A stretch of DNA of 64,000 bases, taken from the NCBI GenBank assembly GCA_951406725.2, contig OX597816.1, positions 114,948,001-115,012,000 on the forward strand, given 5' to 3'. Shown one piece after another: positions 24,959 to 40,102 of this stretch. Origin of the DNA: Octopus vulgaris. Its lineage: Eukaryota. The translations under genes and the position numbers were made by a program. Under the pieces are notes generated by a model. The model saw only the letters and a program-made list of their open reading frames with translations, did no database searches and was not told the origin of the DNA. Positions within the stretch are counted from its first letter, which is position 1, and every line of letters begins with the position of its first letter.

Positions 24959-25776
24959 CATTCAAGAATTTGGACCTGGAGATCTCCATTTCCAGCGACT
25001 TCAAGGGCCACCTCCCGGTGGTGTCAGGCGTCAATGAAGAGCCCTCGACTACAAGACAACCAAAGTTTTTTTTTCTTTCCAAGGTCTGGGGTCTCCCACC
25101 CTTAAGCCCAAGACAATCACCTAATCACCCTTACCCGTCTTGTTGCTTAACAACAACAATCACAACTGCCTTCACCATATCAGCCTCAAGCAATGCTACC
25201 ACCACCACCACCACCACCACCACCACTGCTGCCGCTGGGGTGTGTAAGAAGAATTGGGTAAAATATCTAACATAGAATCTGTTGGAGATGAGCTTAAGAC
25301 AGGAAAAGAAAGGCCTTGGCAGATGTAGAGACACAAATTGAGTAATTCCATCATTATTTTTAGTCTTCTTGTTTTTTCTCTGCCTTCCATACTTTCTCTT
25401 TCATTACTATATTCAGGATGAAGTCAATAACTTGAAGATATTACTTATAAATAATATAATCAATTGTCAGTCTCTTAGTCTGTATTGATGAAGTATAATG
25501 CATGAAGTAGAATTATAATATTTTATTAGAAGCTGGAGCTTCTTCAGTCATAACATCAGAATTTCATGTTACTGATTATTCAAATGATTCAAGTGTCACA
25601 ACAGTGGACCAATATATAAGCAAAAATATTGGTAAGCATATTGAAATATGAATATTCAACAGTACACTATGATATGATTAGTTACCAAAAATACTGTTAG
25701 AAAATGTATCGCACATTAGGGTATTTGCCTTGTCAGACAGAACACAAATATATTTTCATCTATGCATATGTTAAAC

Positions 25777-25810
<34 letters not shown>

Positions 25811-25949
25811 CACGCACACACACACACATGCATGCAGACACACACACACAGAGACACACACACACAGACACACACACAAACATGTTTGATTCTGTCTGTC
25901 TGTCTATGTGTGTGTGTATATATATAAATTCTTTTATTGGCTCATATTT

Positions 25950-26197
25950 TTTTGTTCTGTTACTTGTTTCAGTCATTTCACTGTGGTCATGCTGGAGCAG
26001 TGCCTTAAAGATTGTTTTTCTAGTCAATGAAATTGACCCCAAGACTTATTGTTTCTAAGCCTAGTACTTATTGTATCAGTCCCTTTTACCAAACCACTAT
26101 GGGGATGCAAACATACCAATAGCGGTTGTCAAGCAATTGTAGTGGGTGGGGGGGTGAACATAGACACAAAGATGCACATAAATACATACATATATAC

Positions 26198-26235
<38 letters not shown>

Positions 26236-26390
26236 GCTTCTTTCAGTTTCCATCTACCAAATCCACACACAAGGCTTTGGTTGGACTAAGTCTACAGAAG
26301 AAAGCACTTGCCCATGGTGCCATGCAGTGGGACTGAAAATGGAACCATATGGTTGGGAAGCAAGCTTCTTACCACACAGCCACACCTGCT
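25950..26390 (-). mobile_element. Family B SINE
   Basis: Full copy. Confidence 0.8.
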
Positions 26391-27304
26391 CCATGTAAAT
26401 CACATGTTGAAGCTTCTTCAATTGTAATGCTGAGCTGAGCTGAAGTTGTACATAAAATGTAGCTGCTTCCGTGGTCAATATGAATAGAAGAAACTTTTGT
26501 AATACAAAGAAGTGAAATTCTTGAATTCCATGTAAATGTAACAACCCTAATATCTGTTCCTCTCAACATTAGATCTTTCTAAAACATCAGTTTATGAGAC
26601 CTGCATCTACCTTGCATATAGCAACAAGACAAAATAAGTTTATGGGGGCTTACTGAGAATTCATTAAAATCTATATCATTACACGTATATATAAATTCAG
26701 AACTCAGAGAGAGATGTATTAATACTTTATTCTCCAGGTATATCTGGAATTTAAAGAATGACACTGTTTACAACCATAAAATTAACTGGTTCATTATAGA
26801 ACAAGTATCTTTCAACATTAATGATTCCAGTAGGTGAGATCTATGTTCCTTGAAGTATTATAACATTCTATTACAAATGATGCAATTTTGAACAGAAAAC
26901 GTTTCCAGCATAAAGAATTTGCTATGCCTTGTAAATGGTCATAAAGACTAAAATTTCTTTAATAATAACCACTTTTCTTGCTTATGCATGATTTATAACT
27001 TCTAAAGTCAAGAAAGAATTCAATCATCTTTGAAGGTATGTCTAGCCATTGCACTGGTCATGTTCTAAGGACTAAGGAAAAATATCAGCTTGCCTTGAAG
27101 CAGGTGAGGATTGTCAATAGAGGAGAACCAGTCATAGAAAATCTGCCTCTTTGAATTCTGTCTGATCAATGCAAGAAAGGGAAGTGGGCACTAGAATGAT
27201 GTTGCTGCTGCTGATATTGATGTTAATGACAATGATGACCACAATGATGAGGGTGATGAGGATGATGAAGGCAACTATATAGATAGATAAATAGATACAT
27301 ACAT

Positions 27305-27603
27305 TATTTATTTCATTTATGTACCCTTTTCATGGGCCCATTTTCCCGGTTTCTGTGGCATATATTCCCCCCAGCTGGACGGGACGTTAGTCCATTGCAG
27401 TGTTACCCAAGAAACTGGAAGAAAGAGTGAGAGAAAGTTGGGGTGAAAGAGTACAACAGGGGTCGCCATCACCCCCTGCTGGAGCCTTGTGGAGCTTTAG
27501 GTGTTTTAGCTCAATAAACACACACAACGCCAGGTCTGGGAATCAAAACCAAGATCCTCCAACCGTGAGTCCACTGCCCTAACCACTGGGCCATTGCGCC
27601 TCC
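27305..27603 (-). mobile_element. tRNA-derived SINE with V-domain-like segment
   Basis: GGAGGCGCAATGGCCCAGTGGTTAGGGC head; GCAATGGACTAACGTCCCGTCCAG body. Confidence 0.7.
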
Positions 27604-27613
27604 AACATACATG

Positions 27614-27654
<41 letters not shown>

Positions 27655-28989
27655 TCACATATAAATAAATACATATACATACACATACACATATACGTAT
27701 GTATGCTGATACATATATATATGCATATATATCAAACTATATATTACATAGTTTAAAAAGAATTAATGTCTGGTACAATTTTCCTTAGTGTATGAATATT
27801 GATGTTAGAAATTATCTGAAAGCAGGTACAATCTCGGAGAACAGTTTCAGTGCAGAGGCAAATATATGTCATTTGCTGGAATCATCTGCAAGTATTTCTC
27901 ATTGTATTATATTTATTAGAAACTAAATCTTCTTCAGTCATGACACTAAAGTTTCATGCCACTGATTATTCAAATGATTCATGTGTGACAGTTATGTACC
28001 AATATATAAGTGAAAATATTTGTAAACATATTGAAATATGAATATACAACAGTACATTGTGATATGATTAGTTACCAATCATGTTATGTGTACGTTCTCA
28101 TAATATATTTCTAACTTCTATTCAGTTTCTCTAGTTTAGTTCTCAGTTTTTGTTGTCACATTTCATGCATGCTTTTTAAGAATATTTCATTCCACTGAAA
28201 AGTCACAATTCATTGTTTAAGCTCAGATATAAAAGCTTTGTTTTGCTAATGTTTGTCATCTTTTGTAAAAATATTGCCTTATCATGCATGTTATATATGA
28301 AACAGAAAATAATTTATCTAATGAAATATTTCTTTTCATTTCACTGCAATAAAAAAATTAATAATACAATAAAAAAATATAACAGGTTTGCTTTCCCAGG
28401 AGGTACTACATCTATTTACTGTACAGCTTATACATTTAAGATAACATTAATCTGTGACTCATCAAAAGGATAGTATTCTTAGGCTGCTATTTCTGACAAT
28501 TTCAGTAGCCTTATAGAGAAACTCAGTGTTCCAATCTGTAACTTCTGTTAAAGTTTCCACTTAATTGGATTTCAAAAATATAACAATAATTGGTTCTATG
28601 AAATTATATTTTGTATGTTTTCTCAGAAATTAAGGCTTATAGAATTTACATCTGCGATTGTTTCTTTGCCCATATACATATTTCAATATTTTTACATTTA
28701 TTGGAAGTATTGTTTCACTTTCTGAAATCTAAAACTTTCACTTCCAATTTCTCATTGTTATATGTGGTGAAAACATGCATTGCTACATTGTTAGAAACAC
28801 CAGTCAAACAACACCTGAGTAGTGACAGACAAATATAATTCTGCATATACCCTAAATACACATTTTGTTGCCAGCTGAAATGTATTTATTTTACATTTAT
28901 TGATACGTCTTTTTTCAATTTATGAAATTTTAAAATGCTGTTCTTTCAGTTTACATTTCATAATGCCAAGGAAAAAAAAAAGAAATGAA

Positions 28990-29510
28990 ATATAATAACT
29001 TGAAGAGAAGATGTATTTCAGTGGAGTGAAATTCCTACTAAAACGTTGCTTTTGAATTAAAAAAATATTCTTTTTGTGGATAGTGGACAGTTTCAATAAT
29101 TCTTCTTTTGTGAAGAATAAAAAATTCAGGTGAAAATTTTATACTCCATGTAGGCAACGTAGAAGAAGCAAATAATGGAAATGTTATCCCACAGGGATGT
29201 AACATTGTTCATGATTTCAACGACTGATTTCCTTAGATTTTAATAGAAATGTCATTGAAAAATGCTTTGCAAAGATCCAGAAAAATTTTCAAAAATTGCT
29301 GTTTTAGCACCAAAAAACTTTGATGCTGACCTCATCAATGAGGAAATACTTAACTATTTCCAGGAAATATAAAGGTTCTGTGTAATCCTGATCAATGTTC
29401 ACATCAGGATGACCTTTGAAAATTCGCTACAATTTATTTAAATACATTAACTATTTCATTAAATGCATTAACCTCACACATTAAATTAAAGACTAATGCA
29501 ATAATTATCC
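28990..29510 (+). pseudogene. Degraded Helitron PIF1-family helicase fragment
   Basis: DPEKFSKIAVLAPKNFDADLINEEILNY resembles the 'AILAPKNxxVDxINxxIL' motif; downstream YLNTL..PHTL; frameshifted. Confidence 0.6.
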
Positions 29511-29978
29511 CCCTACATGTAACTGATGAAGCTAATGGCATGTATAATGACACATGTTTAATTATACAAATTATTTCAGCAAAATTTAAAATTTGATATG
29601 GAAAAAAATATAGCTGAAGGCCAACGTCAAAGAAAAACCGTGTTTAATCCAAGAGTCACTCTTTCTTCAGTTGGTGAAGATTTAACATTCACATTTATCA
29701 GACAATAATTTCCTATTGAATTAACAATGACAATTAATAAATCATAAGGGTAAACATTTGAGAAGATTTCTTTATATTTATCAATAAAAAGAAAAGAAAA
29801 AAGTATAGGTAACTATATATTGCCTTATCCAGAGTATCCACAGGGCTTCCAGGGTTGTATAGGAATACAAATAGGAATATAAAATATAATGACGTCAAAG
29901 CATAACAATCTCCAAAATACTGTGCTCACTCTAGTATGAGTGCATATGTGAATACATGAGTGTATGTATGTGTGTATG

Positions 29979-30057
<79 letters not shown>

Positions 30058-30725
30058 ATACGCATAACAACAATATAGGAAAACTTCATAAAACAGCAGC
30101 ATCCAGAAATTATATATTTTAAAAATTTCTGGAGCATTAGAGCTTCAAATGAACAAAGAACAATAGTGTGCATGTACAGAGTAAAAAATCAACGAAGACA
30201 AAGATTAAAGTCTGTTAGGCCAAGATGCATTGTAATAGGTTATATCCGGAGAAAATTTGAAAGAATATAGAATAAATACAAGAGAAGAAAATAGTAGAAG
30301 AGAAAAAAGAGAGAAAAATGTTGGGAGGCGAGAAAAAAATGATGTCCAGAGAAAAAAATGATGCGCATCATGTCAGAAAAGATAGAGGTGAGAAAAATGT
30401 AGTCATGTGGCAACAAGCAGGCAGAGGAGAAAAGGGAGACAAGAGAGAGGGTAGACCCTCTGCAAAACCTCAAATTTTACTCAATTTGCTTTGCGGGAAC
30501 AACTGCTTTATCGAAGGCGTATCTTGTCCTATAATGCTTGAAATACAGATTAGAAAAACAGCCAACAACTGATGAAGGGTCATTCTTTATGTTGCACATC
30601 TTGTTTTCCATTCGTTTCCTTTTGATGTTTGCAAAAATGTTCATATTCCATGTATTTGTATTTCGTATTCCATATTTTTGTATTTTCTGTTGTTTACATT
30701 CTGTGATGTCCTGTACCCACATATG

Positions 30726-30774
<49 letters not shown>

Positions 30775-30834
30775 GTAACTATATACATATGCATATATAT
30801 ATTATTTATGTATATATATATATATATTACAATG

Positions 30835-31145
30835 ATAACTGGCACTCCACTGCTTACAATGATAAGGGTTCCAGTTGGTCCGATAAATGGAACAGCTTGC
30901 TTGTGAGATTAATGTGCAAGTGGCTGAGCAATCCACAGACATACGTACCCCTTCACATACTCCTCAGGGAAATTCAGTGTGACAAGGCTAGCCCCTGAAA
31001 TACAGGTACTCCTTTAATTTTGCCAGGTGAGTGGATTGGAGCAACGTGAAATAAAGTGTCTTGCTCAAGGATACAGCATGCTGCTGGGAATGGAACTTGT
31101 GACCCTATGATCACAAACCGAATACCCTAACCACTAAACCATGCT
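30835..31145 (-). mobile_element. Family C SINE
   Basis: Head and core as in the other copies. Confidence 0.75.
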
Positions 31146-31651
31146 CATTCACACACACACATGCATACACATGTTCATGCATACATACATACATACATAC
31201 ATACATACATACATGCATGCATACATACATACATACGCACACACATGCACACACACACACAAACAGGCACATTTATATGCATGAGTATTTAATAGACACA
31301 TTCACACATAACCATGCAAAAATAGCCTATATAATAATTGCCATATGTCATAGGTACTGCTATAAAATCCCTCTCTTACATCTTCCACTGCTAACCCCAC
31401 AACCAGCACCAGCACTAGCACCACCGCCATCGCCATCCTCCACCCTCCACCGCGACCCCCACCCTCACCACTACCACCACTTCCCTATTTGATAAGCAGA
31501 ATTACAACCTTGTAGATGTTTTGTGGGATGGGGGAAAGATATTTATGGTTTGTCAAAAAACAATTTTATCTGAATTAGTATAAAAGGTAGCAAGTGCAAA
31601 GCTAATATTAGTAAAAAATACTCAAAACAGACACAGACACACACACACACA

Positions 31652-31687
<36 letters not shown>

Positions 31688-32370
31688 AGCATACACACAC
31701 ACTTAAACAGCCGTATAATGTACAGTATACATATGTATATAAATAGATGTCTATAAGTAAAGTGTGTTTGTGTTTACTTTTGTACATATTTAAAATGTAA
31801 TGTTTGTAAACAAAACTTGAAAGTGAAAAACTATTAACTTGCTCCCTGAAGGGATTCATAGCGGATGTGATTGCTTGACCAGGCAATCTATAAAAATCTG
31901 TATACATTATACATAAACATTCATGCACATGTGTATTCTCTCTCTCTCTCATGCGCACACACACACGCACATATACACACACACGCATGCATGCACACGC
32001 AAATACATACACACACACAAACACACACACACACACACAGGTAGCACTCCAGAAAATTGCTCTTGAAATTGACTCAGGACAATGCCTGTACAGCTATTAA
32101 ATGTGAACATTTCTTTGGTCATTTCAGTCTAAGAAAGTGATGACGGATGGATTTCCATCATTTTCCATCATCTTCAAATTGTGTGCTCCAAAGCTAATTT
32201 TTCAGTCTCTGTCTCTACACAGAGATCTAGTCCAATTGATAAAAACAAGCAATATTGTAACTCATTTCCAAGGAGGATGCTTTCTATGCTGCCGACAAAA
32301 TTTAACCTACTTACGTAATTTTTAATATCATCAACATGAAATTGTGAAGGCAATGACCTAGTGTTTGGGG

Positions 32371-33068
32371 CAGTGTTTCTCAACCTTTTTACCCTTGCAT
32401 AACCCTTAAAATAAATTACATGTCTCAAGGAACCCCTAAAAAAAAATTATATACCATATCTATCTCATATTTTTCCATTGTAGCTCATGTAATAAATATC
32501 ATACACACACACATATATATATATAGATATATATATATATGGTTGTTATGAGGAGGCATGTGGCTTAGTGGTTAGGGTGTCAGCATCATGAATGTAAGAT
32601 TGTGGTTTCGATTCCTGGACCAGGCAAAGCATGTTCTTGAGCAAAACACTTCATTTCACATTACTCCAGTCCACTCAGCTGGCAAAAATGAGTAACGCTG
32701 TGATGGACTGATGTCCCATCCAGATGGGGAACACATACACCATTGAAACTGGGAAACTGGGCCCATGAGCCTGGATAGGCTTTAAAAGGGTGCATTTATT
32801 TATTATTATATGGTTGTTATATTTTTTGATAACATAATAGGTTAGATAGGATGATGTCTATATTGTAATATTAGAATAACCAATAATATGTTGTGCTTTT
32901 AGATGGCACCATATATATATAATAGCTATAATTATATATCATTTGTATAATATTATATACTCTATTTAAAGTGACTAAACCTAAATTGTCATTAGCTTAT
33001 CTCACGGAACTCCTAGGAACCTTTTGTGGAACTCTAAGGTTCCAAGGAATCCCGGTTGAGAAATGCTG
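32371..33068 (+). mobile_element. hAT (Charlie-like) non-autonomous element inserted into a SINE and carrying a nested SINE
   Basis: TIRs CAGTGTTTCTCAACC / GGTTGAGAAATGCTG; degenerate 8-bp TSD GTTTGGGG/GGTTAGGG. Confidence 0.8.
32552..32808 (+). mobile_element. Family C/V-like SINE nested in the hAT element
   Basis: TSD ATATGGTTGTTAT on both sides. Confidence 0.8.
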
Positions 33069-33229
33069 GGTTAGGGTGTTGGACTCACGATCATTGGATT
33101 GTGGGTTTGTTTCCCAGATCTGGTGATGCATTATGTTCTTCAGCAAAATACTTCATTTCACATTGCTCCAGTCCCCCTTTTAAATGTTGGCCAGCCTGCT
33201 AACATCTGTGGGGTTTGCATCATTACTTA

Positions 33230-33812
33230 AGGTGGCAAGCAACCAGAATCATTACCTTGCCAGGTGAGATGCTTAGCAGCATTTCATCTCTCTTGATGCT
33301 CTGGGTTCAAATTCCACTTTGCCCTTCATCCTTTTGGAGTTGATAAAATAAGTACCAATTGAGCATTAATTTAATTGACTTGGTCCCTTCCCCAAAACTG
33401 CTAGCCTGGTGTGAATATTTGAAACCAATATTACAAATGTGAAAGAAACAATCCTAAACTACTATCTCATTGCTTCAATGAAATGACAAAGATAGGTGCA
33501 TGGCTCAGTGTTTAGAGCATCGGGTTTATAATCATGTAATAGTGAGTTTGATTCCTGGACCAGGCTGTGTTGTGCTCTTGAGCAAAACACTTTATTTCAC
33601 ATTGCTCCAGTTCATTCAGCTGTAGAAATGAGTTGTGACATCACTGGTGCTAAGCTCTATCGGGTCTTGCCTTTCCTTTGGTGTGAAGAAGGGAGACTGG
33701 TATGCATGGGCGACTGCTGGTCTTCTGTAAACAACCTTGCCTGAACTTGTGCCTTGGTGGGAAACATTCTAGGTGTAGCCCTATGATCATTCATCACTAA
33801 AGGGGGTCTTAT
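33230..33812 (+). mobile_element. Family A SINE (33230-33430) and Family C SINE (33492-33812)
   Basis: Family motifs. Confidence 0.75.
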
Positions 33813-33899
33813 ATTATGATTACAGGAGAATCAGTTCTGGATATATGAATTCCGACATCATACACCAGTGACATGAAACTCTTGAGAACTTTGGTAAAT

Positions 33900-34556
33900 G
33901 CATGACATACTTCAACTCACCATACTTTTCTTGCTTTCATTAATGACTGGATGCAGTTAGTTTGACCAACATATAATCTTCTTCAGTCGCAGCACAGAGA
34001 CATCATCTGTACACAGCTTAGATAACTAACACCAGACAAGGGAACTCTCCTGTGAACATCAACATTGAAAGCATCTTCCAATGGGGACAGAATAACGTGA
34101 ATTGAAAATGCTAGAAATATAAGCATGACAATCTTATCCCTGATGTTCTCTTAAGTTTAGATTACATAAAAATCTTTGCCAAAAGTCAAAACTGCATTCC
34201 AAATACTTTGTTTTCTTCTCAGAGTCAGAAAATACTTTAAAAATTATCAATTGTTGCTTCTTCATGAAAGCTCAAGCACAACTTGTATTAAAGTACTTCT
34301 GGCATATCTGTAATATTAGTATTGCTACTACACATATATAAAAGATAGACCTTGTAATACATCCAAAAGAAAATAAGTATTTGACTAATTGACAAAGAAC
34401 CATGAACACACAACTATAACCATTACTCCACAGACACTCTGTGTCTTCTTTCAGACATTACTACTACTACAACTACTACTACTACTACTACTACTACTAC
34501 CTCTCTTCTCTGAAATAGTAAACTGCATACCACCAGACAACCAGATGCAGTTATCT

Positions 34557-34602
<46 letters not shown>

Positions 34603-34800
34603 AATGAAATAGTAAACTGTATACCACCAGACAACCAGATGCAGTTATCTCTCCTCTTAAATTTATAGACCCTCACACAAGACACTTTCCAAATTATTCC
34701 TTCACAGAGCCATAAAACTCTGGAATTATATTCTTAATGACATTTTAACCTACAGCACAACTTCTTAATGTAAACTGAACATCAAACACATTAATTTCAG
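33900..34800 (+). pseudogene. Highly degraded CR1/jockey-group LINE RT and C-terminal remnant
   Basis: Fragments LLFIND, ESIFQWGQNNV, HRAIKLWNY. Confidence 0.5.
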
Positions 34801-35419
34801 CAGAACTGGAAGGCACACAAAGGTCAAAGTGTCATCCTATCTCCTCTGATTAATTAACACACACTTCTCTATTGGATACCTTTGAATTCTCGCAGCAATT
34901 ATTTTATAATCATTTTCCGATTGTTGAGTGCCCTTATCATGTTATGAACATTAATTTTATAACAACTGAGGAATCCTATTAGCATGTGTTTATGGCTATT
35001 ACATTTTGTGTTATTGTTTACTTTAAGGGGGTCAAATGTTGTCTAGTAAGATATTCTTGTAAATCTCATAGTAAATGCAGCATTTCACCTTGAAAAGAAT
35101 GAAACTCTCTCTTCTGGTTATTTATGAATAACTGTGTGTGTGTGCACGTGCAAATATATATTTATATTATATGTTATTTAGAGATAGAAGTCCCCATGCA
35201 AAACATCAAATCCTAATATACATCATACCATATAAAAGAATTTTATTTTAATATTTACTAATCATTTCTAAATGATTAGTAAGTATTAAAATACTTCTAT
35301 CTCTAAATAACATATATTTCCTTATTGAGAATAATTCATTTTATTTGAATCCCTGTGATGCTGGAATTTTTATTCCCTAACAAATAAGTAATCTAATATA
35401 TATATATTATATATATATA

Positions 35420-35609
35420 TTCACCAAGATTGATCGCTAGCCACTAAATCTTTTTTATTTTCTTTTTCTGCTTATTTCTGTGTTCCTTTCTGTTGAAGAG
35501 TGTAGGCTCGAAACATAAAAGACTTTCTCATTTCCCAAGCATTAAACTAATACATCTGTTTGTTGTTTACACACCTGTCTTCGTCTTTTGTTTTTGTTTT
35601 TTGTAAATT

Positions 35610-35612
<3 letters not shown>
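35420..35612 (+). mobile_element. Short element abutting (TA)n (second copy in opposite orientation at 46497-46650), Penelope pLTR-like
   Basis: Reciprocal similarity between the two copies; hammerhead-like TGAAGAG..CTCGAAAC core. Confidence 0.5.
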
Positions 35613-35646
<34 letters not shown>

Positions 35647-35897
35647 CATCATCATCCTCATTTAACATCTGTTTTCCATGCTGGCATAAGTTGGACTGTT
35701 TGACAAGAGCTGGTCAGCTGAAGAGCTGCCTGGGTCCCATGTCTGTTTTGGCATGGTTTCTACAGCTGGATGCCATTCCTAACACCAACTACTTCACAGA
35801 GTGCATTGGGTACTTTTATGCAAAATGAGCATGGATGCTTTTAGGTGGCACCATATATATACACACACACATATATACATATATATACATATGCATA

Positions 35898-36865
<968 letters not shown>

Positions 36866-36890
36866 ATATATATATACATGTAGCATGAAT

Positions 36891-36927
<37 letters not shown>

Positions 36928-36961
36928 CAACAGGGTTCTTTTAGTTTCTGTCCACCAAACC

Positions 36962-37179
36962 CACTCATAAGGCTTTGGTCGGCTTGAGACACTTGCCCAA
37001 GGTGCCACACAGTGGGACTGAACTTGGAGCCATATGATTGGTAGTGGCTGTGTGGTAAGTATAGGTGCAGGGGTAGCTGTGTGGTAAATAGCTTGCTTAC
37101 TAGCCACATGGTTCCAAGTTCAGTCCCACTGTGTTGCACCTTGGGCAAGTGCCTCAAGCCGACCAAAGCCTTATGAGTG
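36962..37179. repeat. Head-to-head Family B SINE fold-back with shared private mutations
   Basis: Both arms lack the GCTATAGTAGAA segment and share CACTCATAAGG and AACTTGG variants. Confidence 0.85.
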
Positions 37180-37435
37180 TTTATTTATTTGTGTTTATAT
37201 ATGTACATTTGTTTGATTTGTTCATGGGCTTAATGCCTTCAGTTTAAGCCCTTGGCCCAACTGGTTTTGAGTAGTATCGGGGAAGATTGGATGAAACTCC
37301 AACTGAAGAAGCAATTGGCTGTGAATGACCCATGTATCTTGTTTTGCCCTGTTTGCTGTTGTTGTGCTGTCATTCTTTTCCTGCTTGTTTTGATGATTTC
37401 CGATTGTTATGCTTTTTTACCTTTGATATATACAT

Positions 37436-37495
<60 letters not shown>

Positions 37496-38527
37496 TGTAT
37501 AATAATTTCAGTTTATTTTTAAGTTCGTCTCTGCAGATTGTAGCAATTATTTACGTAAATGTATTTATATATGAAACATTGTATGCACTGCTAGCACAAA
37601 AAGTAAGGCACAATATTAACTTGTACTTTAATGAACTTGGTAGTATATTATAGTTGCAAAACGAAAAACTGTGTCCTTGCTAGCAATTATATATTTTAGC
37701 ATATATAAAGGGTTGTACTTTGACGTAAAATATGCCTTGTGCATTCACACTTACATCGACACAACAAATATGCACATCTGCATAAACATATACAAATAGA
37801 TACAATACACAAAAATACACAAACATGATCATGCATAAGAAAGCGAAAAAAAAAAGGAACAAATCTAAAAATTTGTAAGCAGACTCTTTCAATTGTTGTA
37901 AACACTTAAAAGCTTTTAGTAAGTATTTAGAAAAAAGAAAAAGAAAAACAGAAAAGAAAATATAAAACAATAAAATACTTCAAAATGACAAAAAACACCC
38001 CATATCATCACTATCAATATAAATAAAAAAAAAAGCAAAAAGGGATTGGAAACCTAAATTTGCTAGAGTTCAGATTAATAGAGTCAACAGGGTAGATGAG
38101 TACACATCTAAAGAGCGAAAAGGAGTTTCTCATATGTTTCAAAATCTGTGCTTACCACAAGCTCTTATTTAACCTCCATTTGGTATTTACTCAACAGACA
38201 TATTGACCTCAAGATATGCTGGGCTCTTATACCCCTTTTTTTTCCTTAAATATTTTCTATTTTTCCTCTTTTTGTTACCCTTGGCTCTTCAGTGCGATTG
38301 TGTATACATTTGTAATTATTAACAAATTCTTTCCTACAATTAAACACAAATTTTTCCAGCATATTCAGCTGAGCGAATATCAAAGATTTATTATCACCCA
38401 GCAGGAATTTCTTTGACAGCCATCTGAGATTTCTTAGTACGAATTCACCAAATGTTCCTATCAACAGTTATTGGACTGAACTTGTACATATACAGATATA
38501 CATACATACATACATACATACATATAC

Positions 38528-38587
<60 letters not shown>

Positions 38588-38833
38588 ATATACATGTATA
38601 TATATGTATATATACATATATATATACATATATACATATATATACATACACATATATATACATGTATATACATACATATACACACATATATACACACATA
38701 CAGATATATATACATATATATTTATTTACACGTACACACACACATATATATGTATATATGTGTATATATATCTGTGTGTATATATATGTCTATATATATA
38801 CATATGTATATATATACATATGTATATATATAC

Positions 38834-38877
<44 letters not shown>

Positions 38878-39580
38878 GAATGTGTGTATATCATGGAGGA
38901 AAGAATCTCTGACTACAAGGAGGTGAAAGTCCAAATATGAGAATGAGAAATGAAATGTAGATTGTCAGTGTTGCATTATAGCTTCTAGTTTCGCTTACAT
39001 GTGTGATACCCTTAATATGATTACAATGTTAAGCACTTGCGAAGCATTAATCATACTACAAACTCAAGAGTTGGTCCAGAAGAATTATTTATAGAATGTC
39101 TTTTATTATTTATTATTTATTTTGTTATTTGATTCTTTTATCACTTTTTTTTTTAAAAACAAAAAAAAATTTCTTTTCAATTTTGTTTATCTTTTCTTAC
39201 AGTTAGATGTATGGTATATATTTTTAAAAGCAACATTAAGTGTTGGAGTGGAGAAGAAACAAGGAAGCTGTTTGAAATGTATATTAATAAAAAATATATA
39301 AATAACTATAAAATATAAATAACTATAAAACAAAAGAGCAAAATAAAAAAATAACTATATAGATATAAAAATAATAACTAATATCCATAAGGTAATAGTA
39401 AGGAAAAGTGTGTATAAATATATAAATAAATATAAATAACATTGTCAATGACACTGGGTTAGAAATAATTTTCTGACAAATGAACAAGAGTCTGAGATTA
39501 TAAGGTCTATTAATTGTCAAAGACAGTTCAATCTGGTACATATTCACTATATATATAAATCTGTATTGGGTACATGTGTT

Positions 39581-39611
<31 letters not shown>

Positions 39612-39629
39612 CTGTATATACATACATAC

Positions 39630-39910
39630 ATATATAATGATGAGAATGTATGTCTGTCTATGTGAATCCCGAAAACTCGAGAACTACATGACCGATTTCA
39701 TTCAAATTTTACAGATGTCTTACTTAGAGTCCATACAGTGTCATGGACTAAAAAAGTTTCAACTTCTTGCCTAATGCAAGCCCAGAGCAATCTCTTATCT
39801 CTTACACTATTTCAGTATTACGTGTCAAAAGTGAAACAATAACATCTCTATTGCAATGTGAGATACTTTCAGTTTAATAGTTTCACTATTAATACTGAAA
39901 CTACTATCTA
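39630..39910 (+). mobile_element. Helitron-like 5' fragment
   Basis: TATATAATGATGAGAATGTATGTCTGTCT...ACCGATTTCATTCAAATTT pattern; no 3' CTRR seen. Confidence 0.4.
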
Positions 39911-40018
39911 TTATATATACATGCATATATACATGCATACATATATACACACATACATACATATATTATGTGTATATATATATATACACATACATATATC
40001 TATTATGTATATATATAT

Positions 40019-40065
<47 letters not shown>

Positions 40066-40102
40066 TGCATATATATATATATATATATATATATAATCAG
40101 AC

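Larger units (their letters stand above)
25520..28078. repeat. Dispersed ~170-bp direct repeat (25520-25688 and 27910-28078)
   Basis: Shared TCTTCAGTCAT...CTGATTATTCAAATGATTCA...GATATGATTAGTTACCA. Confidence 0.8.

Noticed and set aside
24970-25130. GC-richer ORF-like segment
   Set aside because: No recognisable domain or convincing splice sites.
27530-27603. tRNA gene (and other tRNA-like heads)
   Set aside because: A/B boxes run into SINE bodies, with no intact cloverleaf or pol III terminator.
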